DNA from: Stegostoma tigrinum
Lineage: Eukaryota
NCBI RefSeq assembly: GCF_030684315.1
Contig: NC_081370.1
Coordinates: forward strand, 37,962,728-38,026,727
Length of the DNA: 64,000 bases
Direction: 5' to 3'
The position numbers were made by a program, and so were the translations under genes. Positions 14,507 through 28,300 of this stretch are shown one piece after another (the stretch's first letter is position 1; each line of letters starts with the position of its first letter). The notes beneath the pieces are model-generated. The model did no database searches. It saw only the letters and a list, made by a program, of their open reading frames with translations, and had not been told where the DNA came from.

Positions 14507-16439
14507 CATGAACTGATGTTAATACCTCAAAGTGTAAATGACAAATTATGGTAAATTCATTTGTGTCTTGAGCAGTCTTCCTTAATTTCCCCAACTGTTA
14601 TGTGTAGACAGAATAGACAGAAACAATTTTCCACCCACTCCATTTGAGTGGATGTTAGAAAACACTATATATTTGATCGCATCTTTTAGGATTTTGCTGT
14701 GGGCTTATTTCAAACATTGGAATCTAAGAAAAAAAGAGAGCTCTGGGAACCCCATTTACCCAGCCTCAGTAAGGGACAGAGTAAAAAGGGAAAGCAGTTT
14801 ATCAGGCAGTACCAAGTTGTCTTCTGCTTGAGGGTCAAAGCATTCTTATTAAATTTACTTGATTTACCTTTGTTCATGACCACATCAAAATGAATCACTC
14901 CAGATTCCCTGCATTGTTTCTTCTGATTGCTGTCTGCCCATTTCACCAACTTGTCTTTTGAAGTTTTACACTATTCTCTTGACTGGTCACAATGCTTTCA
15001 AGCTTCATATCGTCCTCAAATTTTCCACTTCCCCAAAAGTATACCAAAGTGTGAGCCATTAATATATATCAGGAAGATCAAGAGTACTAACATGTACCTG
15101 GAAAGGTCCACTATAATCCTCCTTCCAGACTTTTTTTTAAAAAAAAATCCATCATCCACCTTGCTTGCTGTCACTTAGCCAGTTGTATTCATGTAGCTAC
15201 AGTCTTTAATTCCATGATTTCTTCATTTATAACTGTACTTCAATTGTATATAATTGACTGTACAATGTTTTGTCAAGTCCTGAGATTGTGAACATTCCAA
15301 AAAAATAAAGAAAAACTTCTTCCCCACCCCAGTTACTTGGACAGAGAATTTAAGAGCTAAATGTGTAGCGGTATTAGGTGTTTGAGGTAACATTAACAAG
15401 TCTTTTTTTTTTAAGAAAAGCATTTTGTGTATGGGCTAGCTGGGGAGGATGAACTCCAAATGACTAGAAAGGTGTTTCATTAATTTGACTGACCAATTGA
15501 CCCTTGAGGGATTGGAGATATTTCAGCAATGCTATCAGTCAAACCCTGTGGACTGCTATATACAGCAGAAAGGCTACTGGGTCAAAAAGGCAACCTCGCA
15601 CTGCTCAAAGGGTCAACGATGGCATTCTCAGCAATAAGTATTACTCATTGCATCATCACAACACAGTTTGTCAACAGCAGAGAAATAAAAGGAAGATGCT
15701 CAGAAAAGAACGTGCTGAGCTAGCAATCCAAAGTAATAATAATAAAGGTGCAAGCTGGCTTTGAGCTAGTTGAAGGAGGAGAGGAAATGGAATGAGAAGG
15801 GTGGTTTAGGACAAAATGAGAAAGAAAAGCTTGTATTCATATAACACCTTTCATATGCTTTATAGTCAAAGAATTTTTGGCATATGGTTACTTTTATAAT
15901 GTAGGAAACTGACTAGTTAATTTCTGTTCAGCAAATTCCCAACAGAAATATGGGTTAGTGAAGGCTACAGGACATGGAATAACTCCTCAAAGCTTCTTTA
16001 GAATAGTACAATGGGATCTTCTGTAGCCAGTTCAAATTGTCCAAGTGAAGACACCTCTGACAACACAACTCAGTCAGTATTACACTGGGAGTGCCAGCTA
16101 GGATTCTTGCAGTCATGTCTTTGAAGTCAGTCCTGACTGAGAACTACCACTAACTGCTGACATTTGGTGCCATAAAGATTAAAATCAAAATCATTTGGAT
16201 GTGGAGTGTGGGTTTATACAATACTTTTTTGGGACAAATCCAGGAGAGAAAATCATAGCTATGGAGGAGGCACTTGAGAAATGGGAATCTCTCTGCACTG
16301 AAGCAGAAAGGGCAAGTGTGTGCTTAATATTTTGAGCAAGCTGAGGCTTGTTTAAGGTGGATGCAAGGCTGGCCAAGAATTGTTGACATTGGAAGTTCAA
16401 AAGAAGAGGCTTATGTCTTTGAAATGGTTACTTTTAGGA

Positions 16440-17030
16440 GTCACACAAAGACTTAAAGACACAACGAAGTCTTGTTACAACCTTATGAAATATTGGTTAG
16501 GTTGCAGCTGGGGTACTGCGTGCAGTTTGGTCCTCCCTGGGAAGGTTGTTGAGATTCACCAGGGTATTTGCCTGGGCTGGAAAGTGGCAGGTGCATTGAA
16601 GGAGTGGATAGGCTTGCCTTGTTCTCCCTGGAGCTGCAGGGAGGGTGGGGTGTGATCTGATTGAGGTCTACAAAATTGACAGGCTACATTGTGAGAATCC
16701 CACACCTCCTCCCCCCGACCATGGCAGATGCACCGAAGACCAGGAGACATCACTTTAAGGAGAGGGTTAAGTAGCTTATAGGGTTCATCTGAAGAAACAT
16801 TTCCCCACCAACACTCTTACCCCTCAGGGAATGGTAGAAATATGGAACACACTGCCTGAGGGGTTGGAGGAGGCAGGTACTCTTGTAATATTTAAGCAGC
16901 TTCTGGGGAAGCACTTAAAATACCAGGGCATAAAAGACTAGCCCTAAGTGCAGGTAAGTAGGATTGGTGTGCTTTGGTGTTTGTTGGTCAGCATTGTCAT
17001 GATGGGCCAAAAGGCCTGATTCTATGTGGT
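16440..17030 (+). mobile_element. CR1 LINE 3' relic
   Basis: Degenerate C-terminus and a GGGCCAAAAGGCCTG tail. Confidence 0.6.
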
Positions 17031-17134
17031 AACGTTCAAAATATAAGCACCTCCACACGAGAAGGGCATCTCTCTATTTCATTACTGTTACAGATTAGCT
17101 CCCCAGGAATGGCTGAACTGAGTACACTCGACAT

Positions 17135-17480
17135 TTTTTAAATTATTTATTAGATGTGGGAGTGGTTGGTTGGGCTAGCATTTGTTCATCCCTAGTTGCC
17201 AGAGTGGAATCAAGAATCAACCGCATCTGGAGTCACATACTGGCCAGACCAGGTTAGATAGACAGATTACTTGCCTAAAGGTCACATTAATGAACAGATG
17301 AGTTTTCCTGACAATTGACAATATTTTCATGGTCATCATTAGACTCTTAGAATTCATTAAACATTTGAAACGGTTTCCACAATCTGCCACAGCAGGATTC
17401 AAATCCAGATCCTCAGAACATTTCCTTGGTCTCTGGATTAAATTCCAGCAATAACACCACTAGGCCATTGCCTCCCCTTC
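17135..17480 (-). mobile_element. SINE, same family as 30380-30735
   Basis: Reverse-complement similarity, including TCTGGAGTCACATACTGGCCAGACCAGG and ATAACACCACTAGGCCATTGCCTCCCC. Confidence 0.7.
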
Positions 17481-20400
17481 TTTATTTCTTATTGGCGCAA
17501 TTATTTTGGGACTCTGCTCAATATGAGCTAACTGGGGTTACTAAGTTTCAAATCCTCTTCAGAGAGATATAGAAGTTTCCCTAAGATTGGCCACATGTTG
17601 GTCTCTAGTGCTATTCACTGGTTGGTGCATGAACTGCATGGTGTGAAAATAATACAATCACACATTACAGAAGTCAGTCATTTGGCCCATTCAGTTTGTG
17701 CTGTCTCTTTGAAAGGGAGCCCTATTCTCAACAGCAAACTTTTCACATTTCAGCATTTACTCATTTTCCTTTTGTAAATTACTGAATCAAGTTCCATTAC
17801 CCTTGCAGATCAGAACAACATACTACATTGTTTTGTTTTTAAATGTTCGTGTGCTTTTCCATTCTTTTGCCAATAAGCGTAAATTTATGCCCTCAAGGTT
17901 TTCATGCAGAAGGAACAGTTTGTCCATATTCACGCCAAAGTCAGAGTTTTGCTGATTTTGTGTACCACATGATCCTACACAGTTGGTGGAGCTAGGACAG
18001 AAGTAGCAGCTTTCTCTGAATGGAGAATCAAGAACTCAAAAGCTCAATCTCATGTTAAAGGCTCAATCATTTTGGACAAAGACGAAGAGGATATCTTCAC
18101 TACTTTAGAATTCTCTACCTCAGGGGTACTCAATCATCGAGTAGATTTATTCCAAGCCAAGACCATGCAGACATTTTGACTCGAAAGGAATGAGGAGACA
18201 TGGAGATTGGACAAGTGGAGTTAATCTTCTAAATAGGTGAGCAGGTTTGAAGGACTGGTAGGTCAATCCTGCTTGTTACTTATAGTCTTATGCAACTGGA
18301 GTGGCATTGTCACCATGGTACAGTTCAAGATTTTGAATTTAGCCTCTTCAAACATATTCTAGACAGCAGAATACTGTGACCAGTAAGAGTGATCTTGACG
18401 TAGTCAGATTATTAAAACAAAATCCAAGTGATTCATGATGTTTTGAAAGGGAATATAGCCAACTGACACAATGCTAAGTCTTAACAATGTCAATAAGTTT
18501 CCACCCTTAGTGCACTTTCAAACTGCTTAATGGACCATAACACACTTTGGAACATCCTGAGGTTTTGATCGACAGTCAGCAGTCAGGCTCGCCAAGTGCC
18601 TGAAGATTTGGAGTGGTTTTTGGATACGCCTAAAAGGGAGGTGACCACGCCAACAGGAAGATTCCACAATGGTCCCTAAATCGGTTCAGCTCAGCTGCTG
18701 ATCTCAGTTTATATCACAAGCTAATGTTCACTGAGGGCTGGAAACCATTTTGTAGCTACAATGGTGTAATCTGAACACTGCCTAACTGATTTGCCTCAGT
18801 AGACTAAATCCCCCTTGGCAAAATTATTCATGTTATTATTGAGATTGAGAGTTTTTTTTTTAAAAAAGGCTGAATTCAGATTTTAAATATACAATCAGAA
18901 GCTAGGCCAGAGCTAGCACCAACGTCAGAAATGTCACATCTCAGTGAAGAATGCAGACGGTAAAAATATTAAAAAAAATTTTGGCACATTTGCCCCAAAA
19001 TACAATTGTGACTGAAAACCATTTCCCTTATACAGGCTTTTCAGTAGGCAGTAAATGTACAGTGATTTATCAATAGATTGGAATTTCAACAGTATCCACT
19101 CAAGATCCTTTGCTGGCCTGTGGAGTAGATATTATGGGTAGGAGGTATTGTGAATCTGTAATGTATTTATCTTGGAGGCATTAATCCTATTAAAGTCCCT
19201 TCTAAACCTCCACTGCCACATTATTTAAAAAAAAATTGCATTTATATAGTACCTCAGGCCTTCCAACGTCAATAAATAGGTTTTAAAGTACAGTCACTAG
19301 TGTACACTAGCATACTAGTGGAAATGCGGGAGCCAATTTATGGATGGCACCTTCCAATGTGAAAAAGCATGAAATAATGCCAATTCTAGCTGGCTAGGGG
19401 GTAGGGGCAGGATGTTTTCAAAACGCTGAAATAAAAATATTGCCAAGGACAATCAGTACATGGCTAACCACAATGCTTTATTTATAGACCGCTTCCCTAA
19501 CTTGCATAAAATAAAATTGAAAGCATTTTTATTTCTATAGCACCAGTCACAATGTTCAAACCCAAAGTACCTTTGAGGTGCAGTCACTATGTACTGTGGA
19601 AATGGGGAAGCCAAATCATGCACAGCAAACATCAAACAGCAATGTGATTATCAGACAGTTTGTACTCCAGGAGGTTTGAGGGACAGATATTGGCCAGGAC
19701 AGGGCATCAGGTATCACTCCCGGTTTGGTGACAATGTGTCATGGTATCTTTTACAGCCTTCTGAGCGGGCAAACGGGGCCTTATAGTTCAACGTCTATTC
19801 CCAATAAACAGCACCTGCAACACTACAGGACTGCATCAGTGGAGTGTAGGGTAACTTCAAATCAAAACTGCTATTACTACTCGACAGGAAAAATTAAAGT
19901 ATATGTGGTGTTAATTATATATCAATTCTATTTAATGATGTACAGGTAATGGGCATTAACTTTAGCCTCTTAAATAAACACAGGCTAAAGCTACACTTAT
20001 CTGGTCAGGAGGTGTTTGCAATATGAAATTCTGTAAACAAAATATTAAAATTGGCTCTCATCTATCCAGCACCAATTGGCTTTTTTTAAAAAAAATTCAA
20101 ACTCAGGCTGTGGAAACCAGACGCGATATCATACTAAATGGGCAATACCATAGAAGTACAGCGGGGTGGGGGAAAATCTGCTGAGGTCGTCCACACACTA
20201 CCTTCCTCGGATATCCCTTCGCAGAAAACTATTGTATCCACACTGCTGGCCCCATCAAACTACATATGGATCAGAAAGCCAAGTGCAGTTGCAATGTTAC
20301 ATGTTTTAGTATTTCTTTCTGTATTTCAATTCATTCTTGGGACGTCAGCATTTATTCACCAACCCCAACTACCTTTGGAGGAGATGGTGGTGAGCGGTCA

Positions 20401-21324
20401 TGGTGAACTATCACAGCCATCTGCGTGATGGTATATCTACAGTGATGCTAAGGAGGGGCTTCCAAGATTTTTAACTCACTGAAAGTAAAGGAATAATTGA
20501 TGTTGTTTCAAGTCAGGATGGCATACAACTTGGAGTCGTCCCTGGAGATTCCATGAACCTGCTGCTCTCATCTTTCGAGGTGGTCAAGGTCAGAACTTCA
20601 ACAGGTTAACTGCCCCCCCCCCCAAAAAAAGCTGTGTTTGTTTTAATGTATGGTATATGTAACTGGTTGTTTAGAGGGTTAACTCGTCCCTTCAACACAC
20701 TATCCATCACCACACAGAGCTGCAATGGTCAAAGATCCACCTTCCCGGGTGAATATCCAAAAAGTAGTGCCCAAACTGCAGTAAATAAGACAGCGTAAAG
20801 TTGGTTGCTGTGTTTTCTCTTTAGGAAGCTGGGGGCAAGGGTGCTCCCGTTTCCCTCAGAAATATCACAGAATGAGCTGTGGTGTGGAATAGTGAATCGC
20901 AGCTCTCTTCTACTGTAAGCCAAACCAAGCATGAAGTTCCCACTGAACACACAACCCAGGGAAGTAGAGCAACACAATTCTCAAATCATTTCCTTCCTGC
21001 ACTTCACAATTACAAATGGCCGTGCACATCCTCAGGCCATTCCCAAAGCTCTTTAATTATAAATCAGATTTTGGTTGTAATATTGCTATAAAGAGGCAAA
21101 TGTGGCAGTCAACAAAGTCACAGTCGTTGCTCTGGAGGGCAATTGAACAAACCTTGGAAGGATAAGGCAAGTAGAAGAGAACCGTTACCTATTTTTCATT
21201 AGTGCCATCTGCAAGGGCAATAGTCCATTTAATTTAATGCCTCATCAACAACTCTGCTGCACCAAGCAAGTCTCCCCAGGTACAAAGGGAACAACAAACA
21301 AAAACAAAAATCAATCAGGCAACG

Positions 21325-22595
21325 TGCTTTAACGACTATCACCCAGCATCTCTGACATATGGTATAAAGTGCTTCAAGAGGCTAGTAATGGCTCACATTA
21401 GCTCCAACCTCCCAGACCCGCTACAGTTTGCCTACTGTCACGACAGGTCCACAGCAGATGCCATTTCCCTGGCTCTACGTTCAATCTAGGAACATCTCAA
21501 TAATAAAGGACATCTAGGTCAGAGTCCTACTCATTGACTTTAGTTCCAGCTTCAACACAACTGTAGTCCATACTCCAAGACCTAGGACTCTGCAACTGGA
21601 TCCTCTACTTCCTGACTGCAGTGAGGACAGGCAACACCTCCTCCACGATAATCCTCAACACCAGTGGCCCACAAGGCTGCATATTTAGCCCTTTACTATA
21701 CTCCATATGCGCTCATGACTGTGTGGCCCACTTCGGCCCCAACTCCATTTACAAAATTTGCTGATGACAGCACCAGTGGGTCAGATCTCAAACAACAAGA
21801 CAGAGTACAAGAAAGAGATAGTAAGCTTAGTGGCACAGTGTAAATACAGCAATTTCTTGGTCAACTTCAGCAAAACAAAGGGCTGGTCTTCAATTTCAGA
21901 AAGTGGAGTGGGGGACACACCCCTGTCTATATCAACGGTGCTGAGGCAGACATGATCGACAGCTTCAGGTTCCTAGCAGTAAACATCACCAGTCTGTCCT
22001 GGTCCATCTACATTGACTCTACAGTCAACAAAGCACACTAACTCCATCTCCTCACAAGGCTAAAGGAAATTTGGCATTTCCACAATATTTCTTACCGATT
22101 TTTGTTAGATGCACCTCAGAAAGCATCCTATCCAGATACAATCGCAGCTTGGTATGGCAAATGCTCTGCTCAAGACTGCAAGAAATTTAGAGAATTGTGA
22201 ATGGAACCCATTTCATCACGGAAACCAGCCTTCCATCCATTGGCTCAGTCTGTACCACCTACTGCCTCAGAAAAGCAGCAAACATGATCAAAAGACCCCT
22301 TCCAACACAGTAATAGTCTCTTCCATCCAGTTCTAGTGAAACAAGGCACAAACGTTTGAAAACACATACAAATGGATTTAAGAACAGCTTCTTCCCTGCC
22401 ATTATCAGAATTAATAATGGGCCTCTCATATTAGAGTTGATCTTTCTCTGCACCTTTTCTGTAGCTGTAACCTATATTCTGCATTCCGTTCTATTACCCT
22501 GCTGTAATTATGCAAGGTATGATTTGTCTGGATAGCACAAGACAAATGTTTTTCCACTGTATCTCAGTGCATGACCATAACAATAAATCAAATCA
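21325..22595 (+). mobile_element. Rex1/Babar-type LINE 3' fragment
   Basis: Decayed RT (NDY.P..LT...KCFKRLV...[16 protein letters not shown]; PQGC...P; FADD). Ends CAATAAATCAAATCA. Confidence 0.8.
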
Positions 22596-23024
22596 TGTCA
22601 AACCAAGCAATGCATGGTAACACTATGGATGTAGTGCTAAAGATGTACATTCCAGAACTAGCCATGCCAGGGTTAAACCGAACCAGTACAACATGGAAAA
22701 TTGCCAAAGTATACCCTGTTTACAAAACTCTGGCAATTATTACCATATAAGTTAACTCTCAATATTTCATGAAGTAAATGGGAAGTGTCATTGGCATTGA
22801 CATTAAGCAGTACTTTCTCAACGACTCAGTTTGGGTTGTGTCAGAGCTAATCAGCTCCTGGCCTTGGTCCAAACAACATGGTGTTGAAGGTAACTGCCCT
22901 TGATATCAAGGAACAAAAAAGAAAAATCTGAAATCAATGGAAGTGGAGTAGGACACACCTTGTCATGGTACCCAAACAAAAAAAGTGGTTGCAGTTGTTG
23001 GAGAACAATTACCTCAGCTCAGAC

Positions 23025-23264
23025 ATAGTAGGAACTGCCAATGCTGGAGTCCGAGATAACAAGGTGTAGAGCTGGATGAACACAGCAGGCCAGGCAGCAG
23101 AGGAACAGGAAAGTTGATGTTTCGAGTCTGGACCCTTCTCCAGAAAAAAAAAGGGTCCAGACCTGAAACGTCATTGCCCATAGTGTTCAGGGGTGTCAGC
23201 TTTCCTGTTCCACTGATGCTGCCTGGCCTGCTGTTACCATCCAGCTCTACACCTTGTTATCTCA
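23025..23264. mobile_element. Fold-back PLE-terminus mini-element (family A) with a 25-nt insertion
   Basis: GAGATAACAAGGTGTAGAGCTGGATG... pairs with ...CATCCAGCTCTACACCTTGTTATCTC. Confidence 0.85.
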
Positions 23265-24209
23265 GCTTCAAGGCTTGCAACATAATCTTGGAAGAGTCCA
23301 CAGCCTAACCTCCTTTATCGTTGACTTTCCCCTCAAACGTGGTATTTGTCAATACCTGTGCAGCGCTCAGCAATTTGTCGTCAGGTACTGAAACAATCAA
23401 GACATCAACATTCAAAACCTGCGTTCATAAGTGGCAAAAACAAAAGTTAGCTGAACCATACAGCTCAGTTGTGAGGGTATGCTTTGCTACTGTAGCAGCT
23501 TTCATTACAGGTGTTAGAGAGGATGGAATTAAAAAGACCCCATGCCATCATTTTGAATTACAGGAGGGTTGACTAACCAGGGTGAACATCACACAAAGCA
23601 GACAGGAAAAAAAAAAAATCAGACCATTATTACAATGTTGTTTGTGGAAACTTATGGTGCGTGGATTTCTTTCTGCATCTCTTAGGTTGCAACACTGGGC
23701 ACACTCCAAAAATACTCAACTGGGTCTGAAGTGCTTTCAGACATTGTGGTCATGTGCTTGAAATACATTTATTTTTTTAAAAATACCATTGTGGAATCTG
23801 CCTCCAACATGCGGGTGATCACCACTGGCCCAAAAATTACTTGGGCCACAGTGATTCCAAGAACAAGTTCCAAGTCAGAAATTCTGCAGCAAATAACTCA
23901 TTCATCTCCCAATTCCCCAAAACTTGTTCACTATTGACAATGTACGAAACAATATGTGAGATACTTCCTACTTTGCTTTGTGGCGTACAACACTTGCGAA
24001 ACCTAGCACCATTCGAGAGAGAATGGAAATTGCTTCATTGGTGCACCACCTTAAATATTGACTCACGTCACCATCAGTGTATACCATCTGGAAGATGCAC
24101 TGCAGCAAGTCATCAAGGATTCTTCAACAATATCTTTAAACCTGTGACCTTTACTGGAAGAGAGACTAAAGTAGATAAATTCCCGTCCAAGTTATGTGGA
24201 ACATACAAA

Positions 24210-24531
24210 GAATTAGAATCCCTACAGTGTGGAAACAGGCCCTTTGGCTTAGCAAGTCAACACCGACGCTTGGGTCATCCCAACCAGACCCTTCCACCTA
24301 TGGCCCACCTAACCTACACACCCCTGAACACTATGGGCAATTTAGCATGGCCAATCCACCTAGCCTGCACATCTTTGGACTATGGGAGGAAACCAGAGCA
24401 TCCGGAGGAAATTGATGCAGACACAGGGAGAACGTGTAAACTCCACACAGACAGTCGACCGAGGGTGGAATTGAACCCAGGTCCCTGGTGCTGTGAGGCA
24501 GCAGTGCTAACCACTGAGCCACCGTGCTACC
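24210..24531 (-). mobile_element. HE1/V-SINE-like tRNA-derived SINE
   Basis: GTGGCTCAGTGGTTAGCACTGCTGCCTCACAG head, GGGTTCAATTCC B-box, V-domain, and CR1-like tail. Confidence 0.88.
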
Positions 24532-25757
24532 CCGTATGTTGTGGGCCCACCAGGGACCAGGTTATTTTGGGCCATAACATGTAAAGAGGCAGGGTTTATT
24601 CATGACTTAAGGTAAAGCATCATCAACAGGAGTGTGATCATAAAGAATTTCATTTAAAGTTTAAGGGGGAAGAACCTTGAGTTTCTCTTCATTAAATACA
24701 ATTGTTAAGGCTATGAACATAAGTAAAGTAGCCTAACAAATAGTTAAAAGGTAAGATGATCGAGAAGCAGATACTTAAGGAGCTCTAACTCGACAATGAA
24801 AAAGATTCCACAAGAAAGTGGCGATGTAGTTTAATTAGCAAGTTAACAATAGTATCAATTGAAATTTTAAAAATTACATTTGAAACCGCACTAAGTAGTG
24901 GCTTCAAAATTTATCAAAGGATGATTTAAAAAAGTGGAGGGTGAAAGCATAACAGGAGAGCCAACTGACATTAACTCATAAAGACTGAAGAAGTTCTTCT
25001 ACAGTTACATAAAGCAGCAATAGCAAAAGTAAAGCTTAGTCTTTTTAGGACAAGACTTGGGAATTAATAATAGGAAGCAAATAAATAGCAGGGATATTGA
25101 ATGAGTAGGCTGTATCTGTCTTCAAAGTAGAGGAAATTGAAGCATCCTAAGGATAGCAGATGTAGGGGCAAAAGGGGAGAAATGTAATGACAATGAAACC
25201 AGAGGAAATTGGACACTTCACAGGATGATGATGAAATGGAAGACACAAGAATTTTTGATAATAAATGGGTAAAAGCTCTCTCTGGTCATTAGATTATAAA
25301 TTAAGATGATAAAGAAAGAGGTCAGGCAATTTTACAACAAGAAATGCAAGACAGGTAGAGGATTTTAGTAATGTGGAACTTCTGTCCAAAAATATTGATG
25401 GGAACTGAGTTCATGATAGCTTTAAATAGAGAAATGGACACATTTGAAAACGACAAATAAAATGGGGGAAAATATTCAGAAGCAAAGATGGAAGAGAAAG
25501 GAGACTAAGTGGATGCTTCTTTCAGAGAATCTACATGAACATAATTCTCTGAACAATCATCATCTTCGTTGTAACATTCTGTGGTTCTAGACAAAGCATG
25601 ATAAGATAACTTATAGTACCAGCAGTGCACCAATGCCATTAGAACAGTACAATGCTTGTGATATGCAGGCACGCAAGCTTGGAAATTCTATGCAGCTGCA
25701 GAGATGCATTGCATTATTGATTAGTATAAATAATTAGTATTGCAGTATTGATCTTAC

Positions 25758-25872
25758 CATCTAGAATTATTAGATCCCAGATGGCCAACACCGAATCCCA
25801 GCAAGGCAAGGAAGTAAAAAGAGTGAGGAACCAAGTGGTAATGAACAGTAACGGTGCCACTTCCAAATTGTC
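25758..25872 (-). CDS. TBC gene exon 8 (DNLEVAPLLFITTWFLTLFTSLPCWDSVLAIWDLIILD-G)
   Basis: WFLTLF and IWD TBC motifs. GGCAG acceptor and G|GTAAGA donor. 115 nt, phase 0 to 1. Confidence 0.95.
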
Positions 25873-27055
25873 CTGCCAAGGTTTAAACAATGTGTCAATA
25901 AGTACTGTTCCGACAAACATGATAGGAAGGAGTGGTCAAGTATTAGCATTTTCGGATATATTTTGTGATCACAGAATTCCAAACTACTTACTATTAGTTG
26001 GAATTCAAACTTATGTAGAGCAAGCAGCAAACCAGCCTTTCAGCCCTCGAATTAAAACACATCAGAACTGTTGGCCTCAACTCCTTGTGATAGTGAATTC
26101 TACATGTTCAGCACTCTAAAATGGTTTCTCCAGAAAAGTCTCATTTGCTACTTATGATATTTCCTTGAAATAAAGGCTAATATCCAATGTGCTTCTAACT
26201 GATTTTTTTACGTTCTTATGGCGATCTAGACAAAAATATCTGTATTTCTCAACTTTGTTTAAAAAAATTTCATTTTATAAACATTTTCTTGTGACATGAG
26301 GGCACCAACAAGTTAGCATGGATTTACTATCCAACGCTGCCCTGAGGAGAATTCAAGTAGATGCGGTGGAAGATACTTGGATTGAAGAGGAGCTTGTCCC
26401 AATACAAATAGGAGCATGTGTTATGGACCAGACAGAGACCAACAAATGTAACAGTTGCGAAATGCACAGGTCCGACAAAATCAATCAAGTCAAAAGGAGG
26501 AGATGGGGGCGAGAGATTTGGGGCATTGCAGGGGATAACACTGGTACGAAGGAGGAGTTGACACTGATGCAGAGGAACTAGGAGACAGACAAATCTCAAG
26601 GGGTAACAGATTTGTGGAAATGAGCAGACAAGGAACCATAGTATCAACATCAAGAAACAAAAATCACAGATTTACCAGTCACCAGGTTACATTCGTTGTT
26701 TACAAGTGACAAAATCGCTGCAATTTTGGTATGCAAATAAGCCTCTTGCTAATTTCAGAGAGGTAACTGATTTTAAAAAAATATATACATTTAATCTGTA
26801 GAATTGGCCAATATTCCCTAAATTACTCATGCTTCAGCCTCACAGCTTCATATAGAGGAGATCCCAGAGTGAATTGCAATCCTTTTATACATTTATCATC
26901 ATGTTTAGTGCTTTGGAAAGAAAAACACCCTTGACTCTGAACTGAGATAACACAATGCTTATATAACAAGATTGGGTTCTGCTAGAGAAAGCTGGATTAG
27001 TAGCAAAACTGGAGAGAAAGTGGGTTGGGCTTCAGGTCTATTACAAAGTGCTTAC

Positions 27056-27125
27056 CATGTGTTGCCAGAGGCAGGGCATTCGATGTTTCAGCAGCTGTTG
27101 AAAGATTTTGGCATGCCTTTGGATT
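27056..27125 (-). CDS. TBC gene exon 7 (TIQRHAKIFQQLLKHRMPCLWQHM)
   Basis: TTTGCAG acceptor and ATG|GTAAGC donor, with the P-x-L-x-x-H TBC motif. 70 nt, phase 2 to 0. Confidence 0.92.
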
Positions 27126-28176
27126 CTGCAAAGCAAAAACAGTTATCTTTCAGTAAGAATGTACAATGCAATGATATTTAGCAATTTACAAATTTGCATT
27201 TATATGAGCCTCCTTAATGTCCAAAAAGCCCAAAAGGGGGTCTCACAGGTGCATTACTAAACCAAAGTTGATAGAGTCATGGAGGGGAATATTGGGACAG
27301 GTGGCCAAAAGCTTTTGCAAAGATGTAGGGTTTAAAAGAGGATCATATAAGAGGAGAGGGTTACAAATGCAGAGAGATTTAGTGAAGGAATTAAACAGCT
27401 TTGGACACAGGTAAATAAAATTATGGCCAAATGTGGAGCAATTAGATTGGGGCTTTGCAAGATGCTGGAATCCAAGACTCCAAAATTTCCAAAAATTAGC
27501 ATCCATCTTGGACCTCCGACATAGGAAGGCTGTTGCAATGTATCCAGGACAGCTAAAGGAAGCCAATTTGACTCTTAAAATCGTCCAGGAGGTGTAGGGA
27601 GACCAAGAGGTTTAGAAAGGGAATTGCAGAATTTAGGGTGTAGGCAGCATTGGATTGCGACATTAGAGGAGATTAGACATAGAACGTAGTAAGGTCGTGG
27701 AGGGGTTGGATTTTAAAATGTTTATACCTGTGCTGCTTGGCTAGGAGACAACAATGTAGGACGGCACACACAGGCATTATAGATAAACATGGCCTTGCAC
27801 AAGTTAAGCCACAGGCAAGAGTTCTATGACCTAATGATTATAGTAGCTTTAGTCATTTATTCATTGAAATTTATCGGTTTGTTCTGTGCAATGTTACTGC
27901 TTCCTGCATTGCAAGGGTGACTATCAATTACTTTGCTATTTGTGAAGTATTTTGGGATTTGATGAAGCCATAAAAAGTGGTACATAATCTTTGTGATTAA
28001 GTTTGTGATCATAGTTTTGAATCTGATTCCTTCACAACTCACGTTTCAGCAAATTAGCAAGGGCAAGAAATAGAAGCCAGATTGTGAATGACAGACGTGA
28101 TAGACAAAACAGAACCGCAGTGAGACAGAGATACACGCTCAGATGCAATGTTAAGACACATACACAAAGCACGTAC

Positions 28177-28300
28177 GTATCTAATGAGTGTTCATAAAAT
28201 CCAGCCAGGTACTTGGGCTTTTCCAGTAGCACAACGAAAGCCCAGAAAGCATCCTCTTCCTGCATGTTCATTAGGAGCATTGCTGCTATGTAGGACATTC
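28177..28300 (-). CDS. TBC gene exon 6 (GMSYIAAMLLMNMQEEDAFWAFVVLLEKPKYLAGFYEHSLD)
   Basis: Classic TBC segment GMS...EEDAFW. TTTTCCAG acceptor and AC|GTACGT donor. 124 nt, phase 1 to 2. Confidence 0.95.

Noticed and set aside
20825-20914. Plus-strand exon-like segment (TTTCTCTTTAG...GTAAGC)
   Set aside because: Only one frame is open, it has no partner exons, and the peptide is unrecognisable.
24470-24531. tRNA gene
   Set aside because: The A and B boxes belong to a SINE head that continues into SINE body and tail.
23841-24584. 247-aa plus-strand ORF
   Set aside because: It runs through a CR1-like remnant and an antisense HE1-like SINE, with no protein motifs.
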